A DNA stretch of 48,024 nt, the filler included, from Jimgerdemannia flammicorona (lineage: Eukaryota), in assembly GCA_003990765.1 (NCBI GenBank). It is 2 parts of 2 records of this genome, joined end to end, with 100 filler letters (N's around TTAATTAATTAA, not from the genome) between each part and the next. Parts side by side here need not be neighbours in the genome. Positions count along the whole stretch, not along the records: positions 1 to 23,964 come from RBNJ01001040.1; 1 more part is not named here. One strand, 5' to 3'. Below the pieces are notes generated by a model, which saw nothing but the letters and a program-made list of their open reading frames with translations, had not been told where the DNA came from and ran no database searches. Positions 1-13,200 of this stretch are shown here, in pieces; positions within the stretch are counted from its first letter, which is position 1; each line of letters begins with the position of its first letter. The position numbers were made by a program, and so were the translations under genes.

Positions 1-8
1 AAAAAAAA

Positions 9-3000
9 GGTGAGCTGGTAGAGGTAGAGATCTATGGTGATAGATTGGTGTGGAGAAGGCTAAAAGAAGGGACAGATGATGGTTTAGCAGTAGGCTTAGT
101 TTACCCCCTGCAGTTGGCAGAGAGTGAAAGCAATGAGTTGAGGACTGATGGGCTTGGGAAGGTTGGAAGGTGATTGTACTGGATATTCTGGAAGGAGACT
201 TCAATATGGTATGTAATCAGACACTGGATAGGTCAGATGGTGAGACAGGTATAGCAGTATTCTCTGGACTATCTTGATGGCTTCAGGTGGAGTATGACAT
301 AAGACTGGTGGATAGTATTTATTAGTATCAGAGGGATAAGTTAGAACTTTTCATCTGGTGACACCCAGTTGGTGAAGGATTGGTTAGGATACATATTGAT
401 TGGGTGCTAGTAGCTGAGTATTGGGGCAATATACTGGACATTGTAGAGATATATTAGTACCCTTGGTCAGATCATTAGAGAGTGGAGGTATGTGGCATAT
501 TCTAAGCAGCAGGCTGTAGTAGAGGGTGCTAGTGCCTCAATATAGCCTTACTCAAGAGGAAAAAGGAGAAAGAACTATTTGTGGACATTATGAGACAGGA
601 AGTAGCATAATGGCAGAATGATGAGTAGCTGATAGTAAAATGGTGGGGTAAATTCAAACATTTTGCAGGTGCTTACTGGCAGGATATTAGAGAAGTAGCT
701 GGAAAGGAGTAAAAGAACAAGGAAAGGAGGGTAGAGAAGAGACTGTGATGGCAATTGAAGCTAATGAAAGGGGGAAACTTGTCTGGAGAGATATACCACT
801 AGTTAGCAGTAGAGGTAGCAGAGTTGCAGGCAGATTTGAGAGCAGCTGAGAACAGAGCAATAGATGTTCTGCTAGCCAGACTATAGGCTAGGCAGTTGGA
901 GGAAGGAGAGAGGCTAACTAAATATCTGTCTGGCATTTTGAAGACCAGAAGGGTTTGACACAGCTAGGCCTCAGTATTGTGTAAAGATGGAGTAGAGGTC
1001 TCCAAGATTGCCAATATGTTGGGAAAGATCTCTGAACAATAGCAGGCTCTCTGGCAGGATAGAGGGAAGTATGCTGAGGATGTGGTGCTTTGGGAAAATG
1101 ATGACAATATAGTGAAAAATTGGCCAGTAATAGTGGTATCTGAGATAGGAGAGGTGGTGATAGGTGAGGTGTCTTTAGATGAAGTTTTAGAGGTATTGAA
1201 GAAAACATAGACTAGTTCATCACCTGGAGAGAATGAGTTGTCCTGGGAATTCTGGAAAGAGTTCCAGGCAGAGTTTGGCAGCTGGTTAATAGAGATGGCC
1301 AACTTTGTTCTGAAGAAGGGTAACTGAATTACAATAGCTCCTTGGAATTAGTTTCTCTACTACATATATAAGAAAAAAGGCAATTGCAGGTATAGTGGAA
1401 TTGATGACCCATTATGCTGCTGAATGTGGATAGAAAGTTGGTCTCAAAGATTCTAGTAGAGAGGATGCAGCAGTATATTGGTATACTGGTGGGTGAAGAG
1501 CAATGAGGTTTTGTCAAGGGAAGGTAGATTAGAGATAATACTACTTGGGTGCAGAATATCTTAAAAGGCTGTAGGAGCTGGTAGATGAATAGTTGGATGG
1601 TCTTTCTGGACCAAGAGAAGGCCTATGATAGAGTGTGGTAGAGTTACTTAGAGGCTGTTCTGAGGAGGGTAGGATTTGGCATAGCAGAAGTAGGATAATT
1701 GATGGGCTTAGTACAGAGATGTCAAGCAACAGTTATAATGAATAGATAAAGTGGTCCAGAGTTTACTTTGGGGCAAGGTGTACCACAGGAGGACCCTCTC
1801 TCCCCTCTCCTTTATATTCTCTCTCTGAAGCCATTGCTGATATGGCTGAAGGGGCAGCTTTCTGGACTATAGATAGGTAATGTGGTCTGGAAGCTAAGTG
1901 CCTTCATAGATGATATAGTGGTAGGGTTGGATAGTATGGAGGATGTGGATCTCTTATAAAATGGGGTTGGATAGTATAAGAGACTAGCAGGAACTAAGCT
2001 GAATTGAGACAAGTGTGAGACAATGGAACTTGGTGTCAGCCTAGAGAAACATGGACAATTTGGACAATTGGTGGCCACTGGGAGTACTGTTCAATATCTG
2101 AGTATTTGGTTCTCAGTATATGAGACAGTCTTGCTAAAGGAGTGATAGAGTAGTATGATTTAGAAGTTGGAAGGTATTTTGACTGGTTGGTCTGGAAGAA
2201 GTTTCTTCTTAATAGGCAGGATTGTGATCTTGAATGTATATTAGTTGCCCAAATTATAGTATCTAGAATATTACTTAGATTTTCTGGGGTAGGTAGTGTG
2301 GCAGCTAAAGAAGATTGTAGAAGACTGATTATAGTATTAAAAGCAGCTACAGATTGGGTAGAATATATTGGTGATACAGATAACTAATGATAGCCTGGGG
2401 TTGGTGGACTTTAGATGATAGCTGAAGATACTTTAGAGTTGGTGAGAGTGCTGATTGGCTGAACTAGGTGAGAGGGGCTGGAGCAGGCTAATTATAGATA
2501 ATTAGGAGATTCAGTTCTGCCTCCGTAGTGAGGTTTAGAAGGATATGTGGGGTCTGCTTCAGGTTAGAAATATATATCAATTGTAGTATAAGAGGTTCTG
2601 GTGGAGTATGATAGAGGCCTGGCTAGCTATAGAGTTGGCAGAGCCAGAGATAGAGGTTAGTGAGGACTCTGAGTAGAGATGGTGGCAATTGGGAGATCTC
2701 TGTATTGGTGACCATAGTCTGAAGGAGTACTCACTAATTGAGATGATAGAGTGGATCAGGCCTGGCCCTCTGGAGAGATGGCCAGTAGGTTGGCAGAAGG
2801 TAAGATTGGATGAAGGCTGGAAGTGGGGCTGAGTCTGGAGTTGGGAAACCTCCTTACTCAAGGTGGTCCCCCTAAGTACTGGGTGATATAGTGGTACTTC
2901 TTGAGAAGAAATATGATATTGGGGTATCAGATAGAATAGATGGAGGTAGATGGCTGTTGGGACTATAAGTGGTGCAGTGAGGTAGATAGAGGGATAGTTC

Positions 3001-3505
3001 AGTTACTAGAGTATGTTCTGACAGCCTACCCTGGTGTTGAAGGGTTTTGGTAGAGTTTGGAAGATCACTGAGATCCAGAAGGTAGAAGGGCAGGAGATTT
3101 CATCAGTCTGGTGATCAAGTACTGACTAGTGAGGGAGATTGGAGATATCTGAGGTGGCCTAGATCAGGTTCTGGGGGTCTGGGTTCTGATGATAGTATAT
3201 TGGTAATAGGTGTTTGAGCAGGACCCATGGTTGAGAATTGGTGAGCTAATAGAGCAGTAAAAGTGGCTTCTTTGGAAGATAGTATAAGAGTAGTGGTATC
3301 AGAGGAGACAGCTTCAACCAGGGGTCTTAAGGAAGGTACAGGACATTGTACAGCAGAGTTGAGAGTATCTGGTATTAGATAAGCATAGAGTTAGGTAGAA
3401 GAAAAGAGTTGAATGAACAACTCTACCTATATATAATATATTACAGTAGCAGTTTATAGTTAATTGTCATTATAATAGTGGTAATAAAGTTGAAGTTCAA
3501 GTGAC

Positions 3506-3581
<76 letters not shown>
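9..3581 (+). mobile_element. Decayed non-LTR retrotransposon (L1/Tx1-like LINE ORF2: APE endonuclease + RT) with poly(A) tail
   Basis: Manual translation gives endonuclease motifs GDFN (194-205) and PWSDH (461-475). RT motifs are *PIMLLNVDRKLVSKIL (~1405), LDQEKAYDRV (~1606), GVPQEDPLSPLLY (~1777) and AFIDDIVVG (~1900). AATAAA at 3483-3488 precedes a 73-nt A run (3509-3581). Many in-frame stops. Confidence 0.9.
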
Positions 3582-3583
<2 letters not shown>

Positions 3584-4513
3584 GTAAAGAGATTACTAAA
3601 GATGACTAAGAACTAAATTTGGGCTGAGAGAAGAAGTTAGATAGTTGAGAGATTTAGTAAAATTAGATTTCTAGTTATATAAACAAAGTTAAAAAAATTA
3701 GAATATATTAGATTAGTTAGTATTATTATATATTTAATAATTAACTTTTATATCTTTATATATATAGTCTAGTAGTAAAGAGATTTCTAAAGATAGCTAA
3801 ATCTTGAATTTAGACTAAACAGTATAGTTAGATAAACTGAGATATATTAGTATTACTGATGAGATAGGAGAAACTTAGTCTTATTGACTTCACAAAATGT
3901 CTGTATTATTTGAGAGTATGATAGTTGAAATAGACTAATGAGCTGAGAGGCCAGAGCTGGATATCTCTTATATAGAAGATCTGAGAGATATGTATAAAGT
4001 AGAAGAATAGGATAGTACAGACTCTGAAATATTAGCTAAAGGAGTATGAGATACTGTCAAACTTCTGGTTAGCTATTGAGAACTAGCTAGAGATATGACC
4101 ATCTGGTGAAATGAATAGAGAGTAGTAGAATACTCTCTAGTTATATCTGATGAAAGAGATTGATAATAAGTAGTTTTTTATAAGTTGTACTCTTATAGTA
4201 TAGATCAGTCTTTCTGAATATTAGCTGTTCATCTTTAAGGATAACTAGAGACTACTGCTGAAAGCAAGAGATAAAAGTGATTATTAGTAGAATTATTGAA
4301 TAGGTAATAGGCTAGGTAGAGTCTCAGAGAGCTGGTATATTATATTTTCCAGAAAAGTGGTAAGAGGGTTCAGGTGGTGGGTGAATGGGTTATCCTCCAG
4401 CAGAAAGAAATAGAGGGTGAAAGAGGAGACTCAAAGAGCATCAGTTGAGGGGATGGAGTGATATTGTACTATTACTATTATAGATGGCAGTAATAAAGAG
4501 AAGTTCAAGTAAC

Positions 4514-4568
<55 letters not shown>

Positions 4569-4760
4569 TAGAGTCTCAGAGAGGGTCTATACTAGGGACT
4601 AGTAGAGTAGATCTGTATAAAAAGTAGGAGAAGAATTCAAATAATTGGAAAAGTGGTAAAAAAGAGGTTGGGAGTGAACCCTGTAAGAGGGTTGGATAGG
4701 GGACTAGGTCTCACTATTATATTGTATGAATATAGATTAATTGGTAATAAATGAGAGAGT
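3582..4760 (+). mobile_element. Heavily decayed LINE fragments of the same family
   Basis: 3581 ff. translates IVKRLLKMTKN*IWAERRS*I and 3772 ff. VVKRFLKIAKS*I*...KLSLIDF. Both match VVKRLVKVAKGWIWAGRRSQIDWETLSLLVARGGLGLVDF of the LINE at 24-25 kb. The region ends near a GGTAATAAA 3'-end-like motif (~4743). Confidence 0.65.
4332..4566 (+). mobile_element. 5'-truncated LINE 3' end (235 bp) with 17-bp target-site duplication
   Basis: GGTAGAGTCTCAGAGAG occurs at 4315-4331 and 4567-4583. The terminus GTAATAAAGAGAAGTTCAAGTAACTAT+A50 matches the terminus at 3481-3581. Confidence 0.9.
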
Positions 4761-4944
4761 CTTTATATTGTAATAAAATGACAATGCAATCTTATTCGCG
4801 ATGAGAGTGACTCAGTCAAACCACCTATAAACAAGGTATTCCACCCCCATAAAAGGATCTCACTAGGTCCCGTGCTCCTGTAATGCACTCTGAAATTCGC
4901 CAAATTCTCGAACTGGTTCACAAAATATTCCCTTCTCCGACACG

Positions 4945-5560
4945 CTACGTGGTGGAAGTGAACCCGGTTCCACGAACTTGCATGGCTCCGTCGGCACTAG
5001 CTCTGCCCCGAATAGCCGCAGCAGATTTTTCTTGTCCAAGCTGATCGTCCGGTTCATCCGCGATAATCAGGCGGTAACCCTGAGGGTGGATTTTAGTATA
5101 ATTAGTGGAAAATGCCTTGGAATTGCTGCTTACTTTTCTGCGACAAATAAGCGCGAGGACGATGCCTGTATTGCCCCTGTCGGGGTGGCGAGAAAAACGG
5201 CGATTAGCATAATTCCACACTGGTATTGTAGAGCATAAAACCTGTGCCGTACGTACCCGGTTGCCTCAGCAAAAAGGCAGCCGGGTTTCAGCAATCCCCT
5301 CCTTTCGGCCTCCATTAGCAGCCGTCCTATCCTGCGAAGCGGAATGCTTTTGTTAGCGAGCGTCCATCGATCCAACAAGCTTCGAACGCGCTTCAAGTTA
5401 CCTTGACGGATCCACCAGGAGAAGAAACTCGACTGGTACGAAGAATCGGAGCACGATCAATGGATCAACAGCATAATCATGGACCATAGTCTCCCCCCGT
5501 AGGACACGGCTTACCTTTGGCACCTGCCGCAGTACTTGGTCAGGTGTTCCCACAGTTTCG
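4945..5560 (-). pseudogene. Cysteine synthase / cystathionine beta-synthase family (PLP fold type II) N-terminal pseudogene
   Basis: Splicing GT-AG introns 5514-5433, 5401-5332, 5256-5177 and 5133-5080 gives [82 protein letters not shown]. This has the GGSVKDR PLP-lysine motif and the GNTG motif. Three frameshifts (/) are needed and no C-terminal half is recognisable. Confidence 0.8.
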
Positions 5561-5968
5561 GGGTTGGGTACGCGTCGGTGGCTTTGACGGATCAACGTGG
5601 TCACGTCGCGAGATAATTATATTTGTTGCCACTAAACAAAGATCCACGTATTAAGCGGATGGCCATCCCGCACATGAACCACCACTATGTAATATATACA
5701 AGTCAACACTTCCAAAATGTCTGACAACATTCTACGCGGTTTCTATTTTACAAGTCCCTTCTAGCGGACCCCATACCCTCCAAATGTATGCATCCCACAA
5801 CCGCACGGCGTCTTCCAAGTACATCGCAGCGCCGAGGGTGAGGTTGGTCGGGCGCTTAACAATTTCAGATCGTTTGAGGGGCTTCTTCTTTTTCGATTCC
5901 ATTGGGACATATGTTCCGGCACTTCTCTCTCAGCCCTGCTGAGTGTTAGTCGTTTTCCGAGTATACAA

Positions 5969-5976
5969 TGACGTCA
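5969..5976. promoter_or_regulatory. CRE/ATF-type palindrome TGACGTCA in the divergent promoter, ~60 bp upstream of the NDUFAF3 ATG
   Basis: Exact 8-bp palindrome, with a second half-site TGACGT at ~5991. Function not demonstrated. Confidence 0.3.
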
Positions 5977-6034
5977 CGCCAATACCGTTGTGACGTATTC
6001 TGAATTTCTTGTGTTCTGAATTTCATCATTCACC

Positions 6035-6933
6035 ATGAACATCCTCCGAGCAGTACCCCGTCGTCTCGCACTCTCCGATTCCTTCTTTCCCCGCCTATTC
6101 CATACCACACATAGGTCACTTAAAAACCGTCGCCAACTCCACGAAGAAGGCCCCGACGCTGAAGACGGCCACCAGAAGTCGCGCCCAACCGCCGTCATGA
6201 ACCAGACCTTCCCCGAGGTAGCCCCTACTTCCGACACCATTGTCCCGGCTTCCATGTTCTCCGCCTTCCGCAACATGTTTGAGCAGCACCCGGCCGTCGG
6301 GATTGATGTTGTCACCCAGGATGGCTTCGTGCTCACCGACAACGTGCAGACCAGGGGTCCACTCGTCGTACTTAATGGAGAGGCGTTCCTGTGGGATGTC
6401 CAGCAAGGAAAGGCGGGAAGCGCGGATGCTGGGCCGTTTGAGGGGTGGGACGTAGATGTGTTGAAAGTATTTGAGGTCGTCGATCCGAAGCCAGGTTCGT
6501 GTGCGGTGGGAAAGTAGTGTGATCAATCTGTACCATGCGACATAGCTGTATCAATTTTTCCCACACCATCGCACACACACCTTTCTTCCACAGAAATTGT
6601 CATCTTCGGTACCGGCAAAGCCTTCGCGCCTGTACCGCCCAAACTCCGGGAGTATCTCCACGGTTTGGGCATCCAGGTGGACCAGATGGACACGGTACGT
6701 CGGCATCGTGTGCGACCAATTATATTTTCTTTATTTTGACCCAGACGTGCATTGGTTTTCGGGAGGAAGCCACACCTAACTGATCTCGACCAACTCGAAA
6801 ACCACAAATTTATCACCAGAAAAACGCCTCATCAACCTTCAACGTCCTAATGGAGGAAGGGCGGCGGGTGGCGGCGGCCCTGCTTCCACTGCAGCCAACA
6901 AGCGCAAGGACCGGCGAGCCGACGGCGCGGTGA
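6035..6933 (+). CDS. NDUFAF3: Mitochondrial complex I assembly factor NDUFAF3 (Mth938/DUF498 domain), 3 exons: 6035-6494, 6594-6694, 6820-6933; 224 aa
   Basis: Canonical GT-AG introns, with a CTAAC branch site at 6776-6780. The spliced product contains FEVVDPKPEIVIFGTG...LREYLHGLGIQVDQMDTKNASSTFNVLMEEGRRVAAALLP, typical of the family, and an Arg/Leu/Ser-rich presequence-like N-terminus. Confidence 0.92.
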
Positions 6934-9250
6934 AGATGGGATGTATGTCGAATGGGCGGTGAAAGGAGATCGAAATGAAGGAATGTGGATGGGCTGAATT
7001 CGAGGTGTAGCTGTAAATTAGGCTACTTGGTACTGAAAACGCAACTAAGAGAAAATGCATGACCCTCGATCGCTGTCAATGGGTTCGTTTATCTCAACAA
7101 GAAATAGCAAACAAAAAAAGACAACAATCCGGCCCGACGGCCATTTGATTGGACCCGCGCGTCAGTATTGCCAATAGCGACCTGTTCGCGCGCCAATCTA
7201 ATGTACCAAAGTCGATGTACACACAGCTGAGCGAGAAAGGCTAAAATGGCCCTCTGGCTTATGTATTCGGGCAGGAACGACAGGATCGTCGCCCTTTGAA
7301 GCTTTAGTTTCCCGGTTAGTGCATTGATCATCCGTGAAAATCGACGCACAATTAGATACTTCATAAGCATGTAGGCCAGTCATGTCATGTATCGATCCTG
7401 ATCTGTATTTTGAGATGTGCCTAAATGATCGACCAACAATTTTCTATTGCGTGCATTGCTTCATGTTCGCCTATAAAAACTCCCGCCACGAACAGAACTC
7501 TAATCCCGTGGTTCTAAGCATTACTGGAGATTTGTGATCCACAGTTTTGTGAATATAAGTATGCAGAAGTGAATTCCTTGTCATTGAGGTTTCTCAAATA
7601 TATACCTCCAAAAAGGGTTCCATATTCAAAAATACTGAGCTGGCAAAGGACTTGACAAACACTAGTCATAGAGTTTTTAACTTTCCACCTGTAAGACGTC
7701 ATGCGCCCAAATCAAGTCAGCAATGTAACCCTATCGTGTGTCCAAAACAACCAGGCAATATAACTAGATAGTAAAGCTGGCAGTCAGGTCACCTGCAAAG
7801 ACAGCAATCTTGAACCTGCACATGGTTCTATGTGTTGAAGAGGCAGACCTTCCTGTCAGAGATATAGACAACTTTTGAATCTGGGGCCCTGTGGCTTGTA
7901 GAGATGATAACTGGTACATTTGCAGTTGGTTCTATAGTGATCTAATCATTGAGTAAGTTGGCAAAGTATGCTATTCTGAAGCTGGTGGTCAAGAGTTGGT
8001 ATTTCTCTATAGCAGTAAAGAAGTCTTTATCTGTATTGAAGAGTTTGTTTCTGGAGATATCAGACTGAGTAAGCTTAGTAACTTCCTTATTGATCTTAAT
8101 AATCTCATGAGTAATAGAGATATACTTCTGTTTATAAGTGTTGAGAATAGAGCAAGAGGTGAGCTTTTATTTAGCCAAGTAGATCTTCTAGATAAAATTG
8201 AAGATATTATCTACTATATTGAGATCTTGGCTAAGTATTAGACTATATATATTATGGTATACAATTTGTAATAGATTGGTTTATTGAATTGTATAGCTCA
8301 ATATACTACTAGTTATTTATATACTATTTATCTCTTTATCTAACAATATTCCTGACTCAATGTTCACTTCAACTACTATTCAATTTGTTTATATATTTCA
8401 AGCTATAGGTCATATAACTGAATATTTAGAATAATAGAAAAGTTAGCAATTATTTTTATAGGTTTTTATATTTCTTGACAGTATTCTGTTATTTCTCAGC
8501 AAGTTAGCAATTATTCTGATATCTTTGATAATTATTTTAATATTCTTGACTGAGTTTCCTAGATCTTATATTTTGAGCTTTATAATAATTTTTCATAATA
8601 ATGATTTTACTGACTGACTTATATATTGGATATATAGTCTTATTTCTTTATATATAGTCTGAGGTCTTGTATCTGATTTATATAATAGTGGATTGTTCTG
8701 GAGTTTCCTAATAAGTTTCCATAGTCTTATATTTGATTTAATTAACTTATATCTTAAATTCCAGAGTCTTGAATTCTGTATTCTTGAATGGTATTTATAT
8801 CTAAATTCTGAGTCTTGTATCCAATTCTCTATAGTAGTGATAGTTTATATCTTAAATTTTATAACAACTTTCAAAGTGGTAGCAAAATAGCAATTGACTT
8901 ATATCTTAAAAAAGTGTGGTCTTAATCTTGATTTTCATAGTAAGAGAAATTCTTCAACTCAAACCTCAAGCAATTATTACTCTAGTTATCTTATTTCTTA
9001 AAATTATTCCATCTCTTAGAGGTAGTGGGTTTCTCTATAATTCTTTTTACTTCAAACTCAAGCTGACTAAAGTTTATTCACTATAGATTAGAGAGTATTT
9101 ATATAACTTTCAGACTAAGAATAAGGCTAAGTAATTAGTTGTAACTTATAATTACTAGAAGATACTATTTTGTATAGTTTTGAAAATCAAGTAACTAACT
9201 GACTAAATAAGACTAATTTTATATTTATGATAAATTTGGCTAGTTAATAA

Positions 9251-9398
9251 GTAGTTACTATTTATACAACTAACTAACTTACTCAAATTTGACTAATTAG
9301 GTAGTCACTATTTGTATAACTAACTAACTTACTCAAATTTGGCTAATATAGATAGTTACTGTTTATACAACTAACTAATTTACTCAAATTTGGCTAAT
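9251..9398. repeat. Three tandem copies of a 50-51 bp unit
   Basis: Unit ~GTAGTTACTATTTATACAACTAACTAACTTACTCAAATTTGGCTAAT starts at 9251, 9301 and 9352. Confidence 0.9.
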
Positions 9399-9399
9399 G

Positions 9400-10260
9400 G
9401 AGCCATCCTCATATAACTTGAAATTCAATATTATATCATCCTTATCTTTCTTTTTATTTTCTTTAGAAAGTCTGGTCAAATTATTTTCTATAATCTCTAT
9501 AGTTATACTGAGATTAGTAAAGAGCTCTGTAGCTAATAAAAGAGAACTTATATACTCCTCCAAAAGGTTGTTAAGATCTTCTTCCCATAAACTAAGTAGT
9601 TTACTCTACTCTGATTCTTAAGATCTCTAATTAATAGTATTATCATCTACAAAGTAGAGTACATATATAGAATTCTGAGAGTAGTGAACTCTTAGAGAGG
9701 GGTCTTAGAACAATACAATCAGATCTTAGAGGAACTAATCTAGATTGTTCTCTAGAATAGAGTTCCAAAAGTCTTGAATCTCATTACTCTTAATTATAAT
9801 AGTAGACTGGGCTTCTTCTATAACCATTTCTTCAAGATGGTCTGTATAGTGGCTTATCAGTTCTTGGATATCTGAAACCTTGATATATTCTAAGTTAGAG
9901 ATAGCCTAGAGTACATATCTGAATATCTGGTAGACTTTCTTAGCCAACTTCTATTTATATCTATTCAGATATATAGTATCTATAATTTCTTAAGAGCTGG
10001 TCTGTAAGAAGTCTTGGCAGAGATGATGTCTCAACTCATATTTTTGCTATATCTAGAATACTTAGTGATAATAGAGATTCTTATTTCTATTTCATAGTAG
10101 TTGAAGATATGTAGTATAGGTCTTTTGTAAAGAGATTCAGACTTGGAGTTCTTCTTGTATACATTCTCATAACCCTTTGATATCAGAGAATATTTGATAT
10201 TAGACTGATGGACTTTGGTGGCTCCTTGATTTTACTATTTAGTAGATAGTAGACATTTTA
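9400..10260 (-). pseudogene. Decayed extra ORF of G1, homologous to the G4 LTR ORF
   Basis: Translates IFSDIKRVMRMYTRRTPSLNL...YELRHHLCQDF...KLAKKVYQIFRYVL*AISNLEYIKVSDIQELISHY...QSTIIIKSNEIQDFWNSILENN. Confidence 0.75.
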
Positions 10261-13200
10261 TTTTGTAATGAGTTTCTTATTTGTGGATAATATCTTGTAC
10301 TCTTTTTTGATGTTTCTTTTATATTCTAAGAGTTTTCTTTTTTGATCCAGAGAGTAGGGTCATCTAATTTAAAGTAGTATACTACTGAGATTACTATAAG
10401 TTACAATAAGTTCAGATGTAAATTATCTTCTGATCAAGATGAGTCATAGTTGAGTCATGATTTGTAACCAGAGGTTTATGAAGTCTAAGTAGTCTCTGAC
10501 TTCTGATGTTATCAGTTTCAAAGATATTATCATATCTGTCTCTTGCAAAATTAGAGCTATTCTTGATAGAGATAATTGTATAGAAATAGCAGGTCTTAGT
10601 TCTTGTTTTTTTTTTAGACTATTGATATATTTATAAGAACTAGCTATTTTTGTCTAAGGTGAGGGCTCTCATTTTTATGGCTAAAGGGGTTCAAATCTCT
10701 CAGAAATGATATTTTCTATAATATGAGGCAATTTCTAGTAGTAACATCTATTATATGGATAGACTTGAGAATGGTTCTAATATTGTTGACTTCTTGAGTT
10801 CTAGATGAAGCATCTATCATTCTCTAATAAAGATGATATAGATGGAGTGAACAGAGTTATTTAAATGTATTTTACTTTTATGAAGTAGTATAGTTTTATA
10901 TAATTGTAGTATATCTTGGTCTTAAGTATAGCTCTATTTAGGGTCTTGAGTTAATAGGTATGGTTTATGAATTTTTGATAAATGAAATAGAGTTCTTTTC
11001 ATTTTGGTTCAAGTTTAGTACTCTAGTTTTCTTCTATAATAATATGGTATACTAAGACTTATTGCTTAATGAGTAGAGGTTCAAGGTCAGCCTTATAGTC
11101 ATAGTACTTCTACTGGTATTCTTATACCTTAGTAATAAATTCTTGTACTTGCTGATATACTTTATATAACCAGATAATCTCTTCAGTAACTCATTTCACC
11201 AAATCTAGCTAGATTGGTTCAGTAGGATCTTACACTTCTTGGCCATATATATACTAAATAGAAAGGAGTCTATTAGGTAGCAGTTACTTTTGAAGTATAG
11301 ATATTAAGTAGAATTGCTAGAAGGTAGATATCATAATTTAATTAATCTCTGATCTTGCTGAGGCCTCACTTGATGGTTTGATTCATTCATTCAGTAAATC
11401 TATTTGCTTATAGGTAATAGGCTATTGTTAGATGTAGTTTGATCTTAAAGTTGGCTATAAAGATCTTCATGGCTTTATTGATAAACTCTCATAATAATTT
11501 TCTTAGAGATATCATAGTGACTGAATATTTTATTATATAAGATCTTAATAATTGTCTGAGCATCAGCAGTCTCAATAGTAAAGACTTCAGGCCATTTTAT
11601 CAGATAATCTTCAATAGTGAGTATATTATTTTCTCTAGCTAGTTACTGACAGAGGGCCAATGATGTCTATTCCTAGTCTTTGAAAGACTCTAGCTGGTGC
11701 TGTAATTAGTATTAGTGGTACTTTATTAGTTGGCTTTTATTGATATCTTTAGTAGATATCATATTATTAAATATATGTTAAAATTTATTTTCTCATTTTT
11801 GGCCACCAATATCTCTTCTTGATTCTTATAATAGTGATTCTAATTTCTCAGTGTATATTCTGATCATAGTTTGTTATGAGTATCTTCTATATTTTATCTT
11901 CTTGTGAGACTCAGGTATATTGGTCTCCTTTTACTCTCTAAAGTTTATTATTATCTTCTTGAAATTTTATGAAATTTTTTTAAATAAATAGCTTATAAGC
12001 TGGCTGAATTTTCTTTTTAAGGCTTCTATAGTATAGACTCTAGATGAGGGCAAGGCACAGTTCTTGATTTATTTAGATAAGTAGAAAGCAGTCATCTCTT
12101 ATAGAGGCTCCTTCTCTTCTTATTGAGTTTGTAGAATTCTTGACAAGGTATCAATGTTAGAGTTCTTGATATCTTTCTTGTAAATAATAGTGAACTGGTA
12201 TTCTTACAGAGATATAATCTATCTGGTAAAGATTCCTAAGGACTCTAGTTTGTTGAATAACTATTATAAAGCTTAGTGATCAGTAATAAGAGCAAATCTC
12301 TTTTGTGTTTAAAGTAATCTATAGCCTATACTACTGTAAGATATTCTAGCTTGATAGCTCTATAGTTTGCTTGTATATCATTAGTAGCTATGCTAGTATA
12401 CTCAATGATATGTTCTTTCTTCTGGTCATCTAGCTGAGATAGAATTGATCCAAGTCTAAGAGTAGAAGCATCAGTTGTCAAGATAAATAGCTTATCAAAA
12501 TCTGATTGCACTAAGATAGGAGCTTCAGTGAGAGCCTTCTTGAATAGATCAAATGACTTCTACTATTCTTCTTTTCAGTAGAATGGTTGGTCTTTCTTGA
12601 AGATATTATATAGTGGAGCTATCTTGTTAGAAAATCTTAGGATGAACTACCAGTAGTAAGATACTAATATGAAGAAGAATAAGACTTTCTTTATAGAGAT
12701 AGAGGTTGGATAGCTTTTGACTTTCTCTATCTTATATGGGTCAGCATAGGTTCTTTGAGCTGAAACTATATATTCTAGATATTTAACTTAGTGTTTTCTA
12801 AAGAAATACTTCTTGGCATTGAGTCTGAGTTCTGAATTTTGGATAATATCAAATACTTCACAGAGGTCTTATAAGTATTGTTCAAATGTTTCTGAGTAGA
12901 TAATTACATTATCTATATATACTAGTACATTTCTTCTAATGAGATCTTGATAGATATAATTCATTATTTGCTGGAATAAGATTGGTATATTGTAGAGTCC
13001 AAATGGTATTTGGAGGTATTTATACTATCCTCATCTAATAATAAAGGCTGTCTTGCAGATATTATTCTTAGTAATAGATATTATTTGGAATTCTTGAAAC
13101 TAATTAGTAGTAGTTATATACTTGGTTTTTCTAAGAATATTGAGAAGGTCATTGATTCTTAGTAGTAAATAAGTATCTTCTATAGTAATCTTATTAAGTT

